Source of the DNA: an uncultured Desulfosarcina sp.
GTDB lineage: Bacteria; Desulfobacterota; Desulfobacteria; Desulfobacterales; Desulfosarcinaceae
DNA length: 64,000 nucleotides
Direction: 5' to 3'
NCBI GenBank assembly: GCA_963674945.2
Contig: CAXXWQ010000004.1
Span: 1,696,001-1,760,000, forward strand
The notes beneath the pieces are model-generated. The model did no database searches, was not told the DNA's origin, and worked only from the letters and a program-made list of their open reading frames with translations. Below, piece after piece: positions 17,869-29,481 of the stretch. Numbering within the stretch: the first letter of the stretch is position 1; each line of letters begins with the position of its first letter. The position numbers and the translations under genes are program-made.

Positions 17869-18166
17869 CATGACCTCCCACCCTTGGCAGACGTAAAAAG
17901 GAAGCAAATCGCATCGTAATGACGCATTCTGCCACAAAATTAATATTGATAAACAACAATGTCAACGGAATTCATCCCGGTTTGATGGGCGCTTTGAATC
18001 ATCTATAATTTCAGCCCCATGTTACCATTGGCTGGAGCCCACGGCAATTTTGCCATTTTCCTGTTTTGATTTTGGAGGGAGCCCCTTATTGCGAAAAACG
18101 AAATCAATCACTATTTTTTCGAAATGAATATTTTGGAAAAAATTAAACGATGGGGCATAGAACACG

Positions 18167-19240
18167 ATGGATGGTCAGCCTGGCAAAGTCGCTATCCTCT
18201 ATCCCGGTGATTCCGAGGCAAGGAAAAACGCGACACCTTACAACAATCGATTGACTTCGATATTTCAGGCGCTGATGGATGTGGGGGTGCATGCCGAGCC
18301 AGCCGTATACAATGATGCGTTCTGTGAAGAGGTACGGCAGCAACTAATGCGGGTTGACGTGGTTCTGGTCTGGCGAAACCCGATCCAAGACGGCCAGGAC
18401 CGTTCGATCTTAGATCCCATGCTATCGGAAGTCTCCCAAACCGGCGTATATGTGAGCGCTCATCCGGAAATCATTCTGAAGATGGGCACGAAAGAAGTTT
18501 TGTATCGTACACGTGACATGGAGTGGGGTTGCGATACGCGGCTGTATGCCAATATGAAGCAGCTTCGCCGAGAATTGCCGAAAAGCCTGGCCGCAGGCAA
18601 AACCCGGGTACTCAAACAATACCGTGGAAACGGCGGAGATGGCGTCTGGAAAGTCGAATTGGTGGACAAAAATGATTATCCGCAATCAGAAAGCATGGTT
18701 CGGGTGCGCCATGCCAAGCGGGGAAGCATAGAAGAGAAGGTCAAATTAACAAATTTTTTAGCCGCGTGTGAGCAGTATTTTACAAAGCATGGAAGGATAA
18801 TCGACCAGGCATATCAAAAACGCCTGACCGAAGGCATGGTACGCTGCTATCTGGTGCATGATAAAGTTGTCGGATTCGGATATCAAGCGATCAACGCACT
18901 CTATCCGGCGCCTCCAGGCGCACCGCCTTCGGAGGCGCCCCAACCCGGGCCTCGCCTGTATCACCCCCCGACCATGCCGGAATTTCAAAGGTTAAAAGGA
19001 AAAGTCGAACAAGAGTGGGTGCCGGAGATGCAGAAAATCCTGGATATCGACAGAGAAAACCTGCCTGTACTCTGGGACTGTGATTTTCTATTCGGACCTA
19101 AGAATGAATCGGGTGAAGATACCCATGTGCTTTGTGAGATAAATGCAAGCAGCGTCGCACCATATCCGGAAGCGGCAGCGCAGTATGTTGCCGAAGCAGT
19201 CTTGGCTCGGCTTAACAATGCGAAACAAAAACGACGATAA
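18167..19240 (+). CDS. Cj0069-family ATP-grasp-like protein
   Basis: VLVWRNP, SAHPEIILKMGTKEVL, VLKQYRGNGGDGVWKV, LWDCDFL, CEINASSV. Confidence 0.75.
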   Translation: MDGQPGKVAILYPGDSEARKNATPYNNRLTSIFQALMDVGVHAEPAVYNDAFCEEVRQQLMRVDVVLVWRNPIQDGQDRSILDPMLSEVSQTGVYVSAHPEIILKMGTKEVLYRTRDMEWGCDTRLYANMKQLRRELPKSLAAGKTRVLKQYRGNGGDGVWKVELVDKNDYPQSESMVRVRHAKRGSIEEKVKLTNFLAACEQYFTKHGRIIDQAYQKRLTEGMVRCYLVHDKVVGFGYQAINALYPAPPGAPPSEAPQPGPRLYHPPTMPEFQRLKGKVEQEWVPEMQKILDIDRENLPVLWDCDFLFGPKNESGEDTHVLCEINASSVAPYPEAAAQYVAEAVLARLNNAKQKRR

Positions 19241-19301
19241 GCATACGTGTGATGCAACATCCTGATCAAATGGCCGGACTTCCAATACCACCGCAATCAG
19301 G

Positions 19302-19964
19302 CTATAGGGCCTTGTAGACACCTCGCTCGGCAGGTTTCACTTTTCCTTCTTTTTTCAGACGATACGTAACGTTGTAGACTTTACGCTGATCATAGCCCGT
19401 CGCCTTCATTATCGCGGGGATATCCATGCCTCTATCTGATTTTTTGAGCAGGTCGTAAACGATTTTGGTGGAGGGTACCCGTTTGATCATCTCCACCACG
19501 CCATTTTTCATCACCACCTTCTTGCGGATTGGTCCTCGTTTGGTTCGCTTGGCTTTCGGCTGTGATAATTTCTCACCGTTCATGTTCTCAATCGCGGCAA
19601 CAATGTTCCCAACGCTGGCAGTAAGATTCTGAAGATTTTTGACTACCGAGTAAAGTTCGTTGCTAATTTCGTGCAGTGTCTTTGTGCTTTTCATATTAAT
19701 GTTGTCCTTTGCCCGTTTGAGAAATGACAGTTTCCTGTCGGCAGGTGATTTCTTGATTTGATGTTCGAGCTTGAGCGCGTCACTCTTGGAAATACATGCG
19801 CTGGTCGCCAAAAGTTCCACCGGCCTTCGGGATCGGGTGTATTTCGCACCGGAACCGCGATTGTGCTGCTCTATCCGCTTGTCTACATCGTTGGTGATCC
19901 CGCAGTACAATGAGTGATCTGCGCAGCTGACCAGATAGACGACCCAGTTTTTTTCAGACTTCAC
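19302..19964 (-). CDS. GIY-YIG nuclease (UPF0213) fused to a basic winged-helix domain
   Basis: WVVYLVSCADHSLYCGITND...HNRGSGAKYTRSRRPV; C-terminal K-rich linker and HTH. Confidence 0.8.
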   Translation of the reverse strand: MKSEKNWVVYLVSCADHSLYCGITNDVDKRIEQHNRGSGAKYTRSRRPVELLATSACISKSDALKLEHQIKKSPADRKLSFLKRAKDNINMKSTKTLHEISNELYSVVKNLQNLTASVGNIVAAIENMNGEKLSQPKAKRTKRGPIRKKVVMKNGVVEMIKRVPSTKIVYDLLKKSDRGMDIPAIMKATGYDQRKVYNVTYRLKKEGKVKPAERGVYKAL

Positions 19965-20302
19965 AGATTCAGTCGCTCCATATGCCCCTTCCATGCTTAC
20001 AAGATAGCAGCTTCTCGGGAGCAGCCGGGACCCGCTTACCAGTATCTGGTTTGTGCTTGTACTCTCTTGCCAAAGTTTACGGCTTCCTAAAAAAAGCCCT
20101 TTTGGTTTGTATTGATGGAAGAGTTCCTTTGAAGTCCGATCCAGTTGTTCAATACCATACCATCATAATACATGTTCAATCCTGTTACAACCAACTTTTA
20201 TCATTAAATAATATTAAGGGCACGGGAAGTTTTTGCATCCCATCAAAAAGGGTGGGGTGTTCTCAACAGCACAAGCGGGCACCTTATGAACAGAGACCTG
20301 AA

Positions 20303-21583
20303 TTAATGAATCCAGTTGGGTCGATCATTCATCCAATCTGTCACGAATCGACGCAGCCACGCCTCCATATCATTTTCAATGAAAAAACGGGGGGACAAAA
20401 GGTTGTCATCGGCGGATATGTTTCCGGTCCGCACCGCATGACGGGCCAATTCGGTATCCGGATAGATGCGAATGCCAATTGTCACCTTGACCATTTCCAA
20501 TCCAAGGGAATCGGCGAATTCAAGACTTTCCGTCACCGTTTGCCGGGTCTCTCCCGGACCGCCCAACAGCAAAAAACCCATACGGCGAATTCCGTTTGTC
20601 TTTAACAGATCCGATGCACGGCGCACATCTTCTGTCCGGTATCGCTTGTTCATTTTTTTCAATATGGCGTCCGATCCGCTTTCCATTCCCAGGCTTGCCT
20701 CGACGCAACCGGATTGCGCCATTTTTTCTACGAGGTCCGCCCCCACCTGTCCAGGATAGAGGATACATCTCCAGGATATCTGCAAACCAGCGGCGATCAT
20801 TCGGTTGCAAAGATCCATTGCATATCCCTGGGGAAGGTTGAAGGTGTTGTCCACAAAGAAGAAATGATCAAAACCGGCGGAAGCATAGTTGATCAGGGCA
20901 TCGATGATTGAACCGGCTGAACGCTTGCGGGTGGTTTTGCCTTCGATGGAAGCGGTAGAACAATAGCTGCACCCCAAAGGACAGCCCCTGCGGGTTTGAA
21001 ACGGCAACCAGATGATCTCATCGGCCGGGGGCACCAATGAAATCAAATGCCTGTGCGGTTCAGGAAACAAAAACCGATCGAGTTCACTGTTGACACGTGG
21101 GAAATTGGCAATGGTCCCCGTAGCATGATACAAACCGGGGATCATCGATAGGTCCTCGCCTTTTTCCATCTTGTCCAACAGCATGACAAACGATTGTTCC
21201 CCCTCTCCCCGAATGCCCATATCGGCGCCCAGGTAGTCCAGTACGTGTTTGGGGAACATGCTGTACCCGGCACCACCGAGCACGATTTTCGACGCGGTGG
21301 TCTGCCTGCATGTGGCAATCACGTGTTTCAGCGGCGGCAGGAGAAATCGGGGTTGTAAGGAAACCTGATCATCGATATTTCTAACGGATATGCCGATGAT
21401 ATCCGGTCGATCCTTCTCAATGCGCGCGGCCAATGATTTCAGCGCAGCGGATTCTACCTTCAAGCTGATCTGTGACACCTGGTGGCCGGCATCTTCCGCC
21501 GCCCTGGCGACCAATGCCATTCCCAGCGGCAAAACCGGAATATTGATCTGCTCTGTAATTGCGTAGATAAAGAGGACTTTCAT
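20303..21583 (-). CDS. B12-binding radical SAM protein
   Basis: PLGMA, GISVRNID, QTRRGCPLGCSYC (CxxxCxxC), FFVDNTFN. Confidence 0.92.
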   Translation of the reverse strand: MKVLFIYAITEQINIPVLPLGMALVARAAEDAGHQVSQISLKVESAALKSLAARIEKDRPDIIGISVRNIDDQVSLQPRFLLPPLKHVIATCRQTTASKIVLGGAGYSMFPKHVLDYLGADMGIRGEGEQSFVMLLDKMEKGEDLSMIPGLYHATGTIANFPRVNSELDRFLFPEPHRHLISLVPPADEIIWLPFQTRRGCPLGCSYCSTASIEGKTTRKRSAGSIIDALINYASAGFDHFFFVDNTFNLPQGYAMDLCNRMIAAGLQISWRCILYPGQVGADLVEKMAQSGCVEASLGMESGSDAILKKMNKRYRTEDVRRASDLLKTNGIRRMGFLLLGGPGETRQTVTESLEFADSLGLEMVKVTIGIRIYPDTELARHAVRTGNISADDNLLSPRFFIENDMEAWLRRFVTDWMNDRPNWIH

Positions 21584-21586
21584 TAC

Positions 21587-23272
21587 TTAAATTTTAAACT
21601 GGCCGACCATACTCTTCAGGCTTTCAGATAGTCTGGACAATTTCTGGGCACTGATGTTTACCCGGCCACTGCTGGTGGACATTTCGTTCATGGATACGCT
21701 CACACCGGCGATACCACTGGAAATTTCCCCGGATACCGCACTACTCTGATTGATATTCTCGTTGACTTCTTGAATGCCGGTAGAAACCTGGGCTACGTTG
21801 TTAGCGATCTCGCTGGTTGCGACAGACTGCTCTTCCACTGCCTTTGCGATTTTTGTAACGACATCGTTGACATCAGTGATCACCTGGGTGATTTCAGAGA
21901 TCTGCCCCACGGTGGTAGCCGTGGTTCCCTGGATGCCTTCAATCTTGTTCTTGATGTCCTGTGAGGCTTCGGCTGTCTGTTTTGCCAGATCCTTGATTTC
22001 GTTGGCAACCACGGCGAACCCTTTGCCGGCTTCACCGGCCCGGGCCGCCTCGATGGTGGCGTTGAGGGCCAACAGGTTGACCTGCTCGCTGATGTCGGTG
22101 ATCGTCTCGACAACCTTGCCGATGGAATTGGCCGCATTGCCCAGTTCGTCCATGTTCGCAGAAGCGCTCACAGCCTTGCGGGCTGCTTCGTCAGAAATTC
22201 CGCGGGCTTTTTCGGCATTCTGGGCAACCCCACCAATAGTGGCGGACATCTCCTCGGATGCCGAGGCCACCATGTTGGTGTTGGTGGCCGACTGCTCCAT
22301 GGCCGCTGCCACATTATTCAGATTGGCGCTCATCTCTTCGGCGGAAGCAGAGACGGTGTTGGCCTTTTCGGAGGCATTGGTGATGCCCTGGCTCATTTGC
22401 CCGGAAATGGCCGACAACTCGTTGGATGATGAAGAGAGGGTCTCCACACCACGGGTGATTTCCTTAATGAGATATTGCAGTTTGTTCATGAAAGTATTGA
22501 ACCAGGTGGCCAGCTCACCCAGTTCGTCTCTGGAACCTTCCATAAGACGCTTGGTCAGATCCCCTTCTCCCTCGGCAATATCTTTGAGTCCTTCAACCAT
22601 GGCATTGATCGGCCGTGTAAACTGCCGTGAAATGATCCATGTCAGTAAGATACCGGCCACAACACCCAGCAATATGGTCGTTATCAACACGGCCAGGGTC
22701 GATTGATAGGTAGAATGAGCACTTCTTCGGGCGTTTTGGACCAGTCCGAGATTGATTTCGGTCAGCTTGTCAAGTTGGCCGCGCATATTTTCGAAATTAT
22801 TTTTCGCTTCACCCAGGGTCAATGCCTTCGCCTTAGGAACGTTCCCTTTTCTTGCCAGTTCGATAACCTCTCGTGAATTTTCTTCCCACACTTCACGCGC
22901 CTTTTTATAAACGCTGAACAGCTCTTTTTCCGCTTCGGTGCTGGCCAGGGCCTGGTATTTTTCCCAGCGCTCGGCCGATTGTTTGAAATTGGTTTCGTAT
23001 TCGTCGATGAACTGCTTAAAAAGCTCCGAGTCAGGATCGGCAAACATCATGGAGCGTTCCGCCACCAACAACTGCTGCAGGTCGCGGTCGGCCTCGATCA
23101 GATAGTCGATGCCGGGCAATTGAATAGAAAGGGTGTTTTCCAGGTCATTTTGGATGCCTTTCACACTTCGATAACCGGTGAAGCCGATCACCCCCATAAA
23201 TAACACCATGATTCCAAATGCCGCCAACACTTTGATTCGAATTTTCACGTCATTGATAAAGCGCATCCCCAT
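21587..23272 (-). CDS. Methyl-accepting chemotaxis protein (4HB sensor, HAMP)
   Basis: Two TM segments, [35 protein letters not shown]. Confidence 0.97.
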   Translation of the reverse strand: MGMRFINDVKIRIKVLAAFGIMVLFMGVIGFTGYRSVKGIQNDLENTLSIQLPGIDYLIEADRDLQQLLVAERSMMFADPDSELFKQFIDEYETNFKQSAERWEKYQALASTEAEKELFSVYKKAREVWEENSREVIELARKGNVPKAKALTLGEAKNNFENMRGQLDKLTEINLGLVQNARRSAHSTYQSTLAVLITTILLGVVAGILLTWIISRQFTRPINAMVEGLKDIAEGEGDLTKRLMEGSRDELGELATWFNTFMNKLQYLIKEITRGVETLSSSSNELSAISGQMSQGITNASEKANTVSASAEEMSANLNNVAAAMEQSATNTNMVASASEEMSATIGGVAQNAEKARGISDEAARKAVSASANMDELGNAANSIGKVVETITDISEQVNLLALNATIEAARAGEAGKGFAVVANEIKDLAKQTAEASQDIKNKIEGIQGTTATTVGQISEITQVITDVNDVVTKIAKAVEEQSVATSEIANNVAQVSTGIQEVNENINQSSAVSGEISSGIAGVSVSMNEMSTSSGRVNISAQKLSRLSESLKSMVGQFKI

Positions 23273-23580
23273 AGCCTCCTCTACACAATAAAAGATTGTC
23301 TGCACTGTAATTTGCTCATATACGCCATTGAGCTGATTCTACTTGCCGATTCATGTTGAGTTGTCAGCTATTTTCTAATCCGGCTTTCGCCCTTAGATGA
23401 TTATCGGCAGAAGAGAGACGATATTAAGGAGCGATACAGACATGATCACCCAAAGTAGGCGTTTCGCCTTTTTTGAAAAACAGAGAAGGTCCATGATGTC
23501 ATTGGTTTGTTCGCGGTTTTCCATCTTAAAAAGCGAAACCCTCCGGGATTGCCGCTGAAACCGCATCTGGCAAAATGATG

Positions 23581-24510
23581 TTACACATAACCGGAAACCA
23601 GGGTCAGCCATAACATGAGCGTCACGGCCGAAAGCAGGGTGGAAGCGGAGACGGTGGCCACGGCCAGATCCGGACTTCCGTTCATCTCCTTGGCCATGAC
23701 ATAGGAAATCGTGGCGGTGGGACTTGCCAGCAAGATCAGTCCTGTGATCGTATCTCCGGCTGAAAGATGGCAGAGTCGATAGAGCCACCATCCCAGCGCC
23801 GGCATCACTATAAGTTTGACGACGGCGGCGCCCAGGGTGGACCAGGCGTAGGCACGAATACGGCGAAGGGACAGGGAGGCGCCGATAATCAAAAGGGCCG
23901 TGGGAAGGGCCAGGCCGCCGATGATGGCCAGACTGCGCTGGATGATCAGCGGCATGGGGATATTGACCCCGGACACCACCATTCCGGCAACGACGGAGAC
24001 AATCACGGGATTGGACATGACCTTGGAACCATAGTCGCGAAAACCGTATGACTGCCCCCTGTCCGGTGCGAAAAGCTGGAGGGTCACCACCGATAGGATA
24101 TTTTGCAGGATCATCATGAACCCGGCAATCACGCTGGCATGGACCAATCCCTTTTCACCCAGAAAATAATAAACCACGGCAAGACCGATATACCCCAGGT
24201 TTCCATGACCGGAACTCTGGATGAAAGTGCCGGTGAGAGATCGTGCCATGCGAAGAACGCGGCTGATTGCCCAGGCAAAGAGATACGTGGTGGCCAGCGC
24301 GATCAGCGTCAGTGCAATGACGAGGGGATTGAACCACTCCTTGGAGGTGGACTGGGTGAGGGCGCGAAAGATCATGGCCGGAATGGCCACATAATAGACC
24401 AGACGATTGGCCGGTTCGATGAATCCGCCGGGGAGAAATCCTCTCCTGTGAACGACCCATCCCAAAAGAACGATGATAAAGATGGGGACGATGGTGGCGA
24501 CAATCTGCAA
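23581..24510 (-). CDS. AEC (auxin efflux carrier) family transporter
   Basis: IVPIF...NRLVYYVAIPAMIF, GNLGYIGL, NPVI, ASPTA; likely TTG start. Confidence 0.88.
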   Translation of the reverse strand: MQIVATIVPIFIIVLLGWVVHRRGFLPGGFIEPANRLVYYVAIPAMIFRALTQSTSKEWFNPLVIALTLIALATTYLFAWAISRVLRMARSLTGTFIQSSGHGNLGYIGLAVVYYFLGEKGLVHASVIAGFMMILQNILSVVTLQLFAPDRGQSYGFRDYGSKVMSNPVIVSVVAGMVVSGVNIPMPLIIQRSLAIIGGLALPTALLIIGASLSLRRIRAYAWSTLGAAVVKLIVMPALGWWLYRLCHLSAGDTITGLILLASPTATISYVMAKEMNGSPDLAVATVSASTLLSAVTLMLWLTLVSGYV

Positions 24511-24523
24511 TGGCTTTGGGCCT

Positions 24524-26329
24524 CTAATAAATGAGTACGACAACGCCTGTCAACACCAGTAGAAAAAGGATACTCAGCGGCAAGCCGGCTTTGATAAAAT
24601 CCCTGCTGGTATATCCCCCCGGTCCCATGTACAAGGCGTTTACCTGGTGAGTGGGGAGCAAAAAAGCATTGGATGCGGAAAGTCCCACTACCAGGGCGGC
24701 AAGGCGCGGATCGGCACCGATGCCGACGGCCATGTCCACTACCATGGGTACCAGCAGGACCGTCGCCCCCACGTTGGAGACCACCAGGGTCAAAGCGGTG
24801 GTCATGATGCCGATCACCAGGAAGAAAACAACAGGTGAGGGGGTTCCCATGAATTCCAGCAAATGAAACGCAAGCCATTGGGCGGCCTGGCTCTTCTGCA
24901 TGGCGACGCCCAGTGGGATAAGCCCGCTGAGAAGAAAAACCGTTCGCCAATCCACACCATGGTATGCCTCGTCGATGGTAAGCACACGCGTCAGAACCAT
25001 GCCCAAGGCCCCGGTCATCAGGCAGACGGAAATGGGCAACGAACTGAAAAGAACCAGTACCGTGGCCAATGCAAAACAGGCGATGGCGGCACTGGCCTTG
25101 TGGGTATGCAGGATTTCGTGGTGGGGCGATTGGGCGAACAAGAGGTCTCTCTTGGGCCGCATGCGCTGGAAACTCTCCCATTTGCCATGCATCAGGATGA
25201 CATCCCCCGGTGCCAGTTTCCGGGGACCGAGCTTCGTATAGTGGATCTGCCCCTGATGCATGATGGCCAGCGGTGCCATCAGAAAATTGTGACGAAAGCG
25301 AACCTGCATCAAGGTCTGTCCCACGAATCGGGAATGGGGGGAGATGATGGCCTCCAAAACCCCGGAAAAATCACTGGACAGGTCCTCGGAAAAAACGTCG
25401 AGATCTTCCTTCACCCGAAATCCGAAGGCGGCGGCAACTTCCTGGACATGTTCCGGTGAGGCATATACGGCAAAGACCGATCCGGGAGTGATGCGAAGGT
25501 CCCGGTCCGGGGGAAGGATCTTGTGCGCCCCCCCATCCAGGGAGAGGGCGACGGTGTGAACATTGTAGCCGTCGCAAAGATCCATAACCTTGGGTTCGGC
25601 GTCCGAGCCGGGCCCGTTTTCCAGTTCGAAGAGTCGGACCAGTTCCGGATAATAGACCAGGGGGTTGGTCTCCGTCTGAAATTGCGCCGCACCTTCCAAG
25701 GCGTCTTTGGGAAGCACGAATTTCCCGAAAATGATGAAGAAAACGATGCCGGTCGTCACAATGGCCACGCCTGCAGCCGTGACGTCAAAGAGGCTGAAGG
25801 GGGAAAGTCCGAAGGGTCGCATCAGATCGTTGAGCATGATCAAGGGGCTTGATCCGACAAGGGTAATGGTTCCGCCCATGATCGCCGAGAATCCAACCGG
25901 CATGAGCAACTGAGAGATGGGGATCCGGGTCTTTCTGCTCATTCGCTGAATGGCGGGCAAAAAGAGTGCCGCGGCACCAATGTTCTGCATGAAGCTGGAG
26001 ATGACCGCCACCGTTCCCGACAACAGTAGTATCATGCGCTGTCGGTTCGCTCCTGCGATCCGAAGTATGGGCCGGACCCCGCGGCTGATGACACCGGTAT
26101 GATCCAATCCCCTGCCCATGATGATGACGGCGATGATGGAGATGACAGCCGTGCTGGAAAACCCCTGGAACGCCTCACGACCGTCCAATAGTCCCATCAT
26201 TGGAAGGAGGATCATCACCATGATGGCCACCACATCGACGCGCAGCCATTCGGTGATGAACAGCGCAATGGTGACCAGTACGACGCTCAACACAAGGGCG
26301 ATCTGCATGGTAAATGCCGGAGACGCCAT
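24524..26329 (-). CDS. SLC13-family permease with TrkA-C domains
   Basis: LRVDVVA, SSFMQNIGA, GGTITLVGSS, VSNVGA, PTHQVNAL..GPGGY. Confidence 0.9.
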   Translation of the reverse strand: MASPAFTMQIALVLSVVLVTIALFITEWLRVDVVAIMVMILLPMMGLLDGREAFQGFSSTAVISIIAVIIMGRGLDHTGVISRGVRPILRIAGANRQRMILLLSGTVAVISSFMQNIGAAALFLPAIQRMSRKTRIPISQLLMPVGFSAIMGGTITLVGSSPLIMLNDLMRPFGLSPFSLFDVTAAGVAIVTTGIVFFIIFGKFVLPKDALEGAAQFQTETNPLVYYPELVRLFELENGPGSDAEPKVMDLCDGYNVHTVALSLDGGAHKILPPDRDLRITPGSVFAVYASPEHVQEVAAAFGFRVKEDLDVFSEDLSSDFSGVLEAIISPHSRFVGQTLMQVRFRHNFLMAPLAIMHQGQIHYTKLGPRKLAPGDVILMHGKWESFQRMRPKRDLLFAQSPHHEILHTHKASAAIACFALATVLVLFSSLPISVCLMTGALGMVLTRVLTIDEAYHGVDWRTVFLLSGLIPLGVAMQKSQAAQWLAFHLLEFMGTPSPVVFFLVIGIMTTALTLVVSNVGATVLLVPMVVDMAVGIGADPRLAALVVGLSASNAFLLPTHQVNALYMGPGGYTSRDFIKAGLPLSILFLLVLTGVVVLIY

Positions 26330-26431
26330 AGGCAATGAATCTTCCTCGGTTTTATGTTTGTTCTCTACCGTTCAAGTAATTCAGCAATTACAGGATTGTG
26401 GCGAGGTCACCGATTGACCTCTCATTGGCCT

Positions 26432-27868
26432 TCACTCCGGTTGACGGTGCCGGCCGTACAGGTCTTTGATTCTCACGATATCGTCATCGCCGATATATCC
26501 GCCTGTCTGTACTTCGATCAGTTCCAAAGGTATCTTTCCCGGATTTTCCAGTTGATGAGGGATTCCCGCACTGATGTAGGCGGAGCTTTCCTCTTTGAGA
26601 ATGAACTGCTCGTCGCCCCGGGTAACCATGGCTGTTCCATGTACGACGATCCAGTGTTCGGATCGGTTGAAATGTTTTTGCAGGGACAATGCACAACCGG
26701 GTTTGACGGTAATCCGGTTCACCAGGAACCGACCGCCTCTGACCAATTCGTCCACCGTTCCCCAGGGACGATAGCTCCGTTTGTGGGAACGGGTCTCTTC
26801 CCGCCCCTTTGCCTTGAGATGATCCACCAGCCCCTTGACATCCTGTACCCGATCCCGGGGCGAGATCATCACCGCATCGGAGGTCTCCACGACGATGTGG
26901 TCCTTCAGTCCGACGGCAGCGATCAGGCGATGCTCGGCATGCAGGTAAGAGTCTGCCACATCGTTTAACACTACGTCCCCCTTGACTACGTTTCTCTGGT
27001 CGTCCTTTTCTCCCACCTGCCACAAGGCTTCCCAGGAGCCCAGGTCATTCCAACCGGCCGACAGGGGGATCATTGCTCCGTTGTCCGTTTTTTCCATCAC
27101 CGCGTAATCGATGGAATTGCTGGGACATTCGGAAAAGGCGGACTTGTCCAAACGGAAAAAATCGAGATCCGATCGTCCCTGTTCCATGGCCTTTTTACAG
27201 GCGGTGACGATGTCGGGCGCATGGGATTCCAGTTCATTGAGCGCTTGGGAGGCCTTGAACATAAACATCCCGCTGTTCCAGCAATAGGCCTTGGAAGCGA
27301 CGTATTGCATGGCCGTTTCCAGATCCGGTTTTTCCACGAAGGCGTCGATGGCCACGGCACGATCATCGGCGCCATCCAGTGGCAGGGAGACTCCCATCTT
27401 GATGTATCCATACCCGGTTTCGGGTTTGTCCGGAATGATACCGAAGGTAATCAGGCGCCCTGCCTGGGCGTACTTCTCACCGATTCGCAAGGTATCGATA
27501 AATGGGTCGGTGAACTGGATGTGGTGATCGGCGGGAAGAATCAGAAGTACGGGATCATCCCCTTTTTCCATGGCAACCATGGCGGCCACGGCCAACGCCG
27601 GCGCGGTGTTTCTTCCCACCGGTTCCAAAACGATGGATGACGGCACCGTGTCGATCTGACGGAATTGTTCAGCCACCATGAACCGGTATTCGTCATTGCA
27701 AATGACCATGGGATAAGACATGCCGTCCAACCCGCCGAGTCGAAGAACGGTATTTTGAAGCATGGTGTGCCGATCCACGAGACGGATCAACTGTTTGGGG
27801 TAAAGGGCACGGGAGAGGGGCCAGAGCCGTGTTCCACTGCCGCCGGCAAGAATGACAGGAAGAATCAT
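26432..27868 (-). CDS. manC: Mannose-1-phosphate guanylyltransferase / mannose-6-phosphate isomerase
   Basis: ILAGGSGTRLWPLSR..PKQ, EPVGRNTAPA, FVEKP, WNSGMF, C-terminal cupin RPWG...EHW. Confidence 0.96.
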   Translation of the reverse strand: MILPVILAGGSGTRLWPLSRALYPKQLIRLVDRHTMLQNTVLRLGGLDGMSYPMVICNDEYRFMVAEQFRQIDTVPSSIVLEPVGRNTAPALAVAAMVAMEKGDDPVLLILPADHHIQFTDPFIDTLRIGEKYAQAGRLITFGIIPDKPETGYGYIKMGVSLPLDGADDRAVAIDAFVEKPDLETAMQYVASKAYCWNSGMFMFKASQALNELESHAPDIVTACKKAMEQGRSDLDFFRLDKSAFSECPSNSIDYAVMEKTDNGAMIPLSAGWNDLGSWEALWQVGEKDDQRNVVKGDVVLNDVADSYLHAEHRLIAAVGLKDHIVVETSDAVMISPRDRVQDVKGLVDHLKAKGREETRSHKRSYRPWGTVDELVRGGRFLVNRITVKPGCALSLQKHFNRSEHWIVVHGTAMVTRGDEQFILKEESSAYISAGIPHQLENPGKIPLELIEVQTGGYIGDDDIVRIKDLYGRHRQPE

Positions 27869-28056
27869 GAAGTCCTCGTTTTACGAAATCGAAAGTTTTG
27901 GTTTGTCCCAAATTGAGCGATTGGCCATTAGCAGTATACTTATAACAATTTCTAAAGTTTTGCTTTTAGCCCAACAGGTGAACATCGAGCTACTGATTTC
28001 TGCTCAGCAAATGAGAGTTAACTGCTAATTGCTGACGGCTAACCGCTTATCTTGGC

Positions 28057-29301
28057 TTATCGCAACAATTCTCTTCTCAGGGTGTCCAGCGCCGCCATGG
28101 CAAACATCTGTTTTTTCATCGATCGTTTGCCCATGCGAAACAGCATCCGCTTGCCAAATGAGCATCTGGGACCGGCAAAACCGATACAGACGGTCCCCAC
28201 GGGTTTGTCCGCCGTTCCACCGCCGGGTCCTGCGATGCCGCTTGTGGCCAGTCCGTATGTGGCACCGCAGACCTCGCGAGCCCCCTCGGCCATTTCACGT
28301 GCCGTATCTTCGTGCACGGCACCGAAGCGTTCCAGGGTTTTCGGCTGGACGGCCAGCACATCCATTTTTGCCCGGTTGGCATAGGTAACCCCTGAGAAGA
28401 GAAAATAATCCGAACTTCCCGGGACATCGGTCAGCCAGTTGGCGATCAGTCCACCGGTGCAACTCTCCGCAAGGGCAAGCGTCGCCCCCTTTTGACGAAG
28501 CAGATTGCCCACGACGACTTCCATGCTCTCCCCCTTATGAGACAGGACATGATCGCCCAGCCGCGACACCACCCAGCGACCTGCCGCGTCAAGCAATTCG
28601 TCCAACCGTGCCCGATCCCCGGCGCGGCCGTACAATTTGACCTGTATTTGGGGAAAATTGGCGCGAAGTCCTAGTTTGATCCCCGGAAAGGCCGCTTCCA
28701 CGCCGGCCACTTTCTCGCCGGCAAGGGATTCGGGAAGACCGAAGGTGTTGATGGTCATCACCCGGCTGTGGGTCACCGCGTCCCCTTGCATGGCGAGCAA
28801 GGCTGGAATCACATGGGCGTCGAGCATCCGCTTCATCTCATGGGGAACGCCGGGCAAAAAGAAAAATCGGCACCGCCCGATGGTGATGGAAAAACCGGGG
28901 GCCGTACCCGCGTCATTGTCGAGAATCTCGCTCGTTTTGGGAAACAGGGCCTGTTTTCGATTGGATTCGGGCATGGGTCGCCCCATGTTTTCAAAAAAGC
29001 GGGATATGGATTCGTGGGCCCGGTCGCTGAAAACCAGCTCCTCGCCGGCAGCGGCTGCCGCCGCCTCGGCGGACAGGTCATCGGTGGTGGGTCCCAGACC
29101 ACCGGTCACCACCGCCGCATCGACGCGCCGACCGATCTCGAGGAAGGTCGCAGTCAATACCGACAGATCATCGCCGACACAGGTGTGTCGAGCCACTTCG
29201 ATCCCATTTTCCTCCAGCCGCAGGGCGATATGGGCCGAGTTGCTATCAACCAGTGCACCGGTGCGAAGCTCGTCACCCGTCGCCAGAATTTCCACTTTCA
29301 T
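28057..29301 (-). CDS. cinA: CinA competence/damage-inducible protein with PncC domain
   Basis: TGDEL, GGLGPTTDD, LPGVPHEM, AESCTGG, SGIAGPGGG. Confidence 0.95.
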   Translation of the reverse strand: MKVEILATGDELRTGALVDSNSAHIALRLEENGIEVARHTCVGDDLSVLTATFLEIGRRVDAAVVTGGLGPTTDDLSAEAAAAAAGEELVFSDRAHESISRFFENMGRPMPESNRKQALFPKTSEILDNDAGTAPGFSITIGRCRFFFLPGVPHEMKRMLDAHVIPALLAMQGDAVTHSRVMTINTFGLPESLAGEKVAGVEAAFPGIKLGLRANFPQIQVKLYGRAGDRARLDELLDAAGRWVVSRLGDHVLSHKGESMEVVVGNLLRQKGATLALAESCTGGLIANWLTDVPGSSDYFLFSGVTYANRAKMDVLAVQPKTLERFGAVHEDTAREMAEGAREVCGATYGLATSGIAGPGGGTADKPVGTVCIGFAGPRCSFGKRMLFRMGKRSMKKQMFAMAALDTLRRELLR

Positions 29302-29481
29302 GAATCCGAACCTCTTTCCAGAAACACATACCCTCCTTCGTAAATGCGCTTTTCGAAGGAGATGGGCGGACAATGAAGAATAGCGTCACCAAGACGAGCG
29401 TGTCAACGGTCCATTATACTGCAGTTTGACTTTGTAAAGGAAGGCTTGTTGGACAACACCACTGGGCGAACAGGGGCGATC

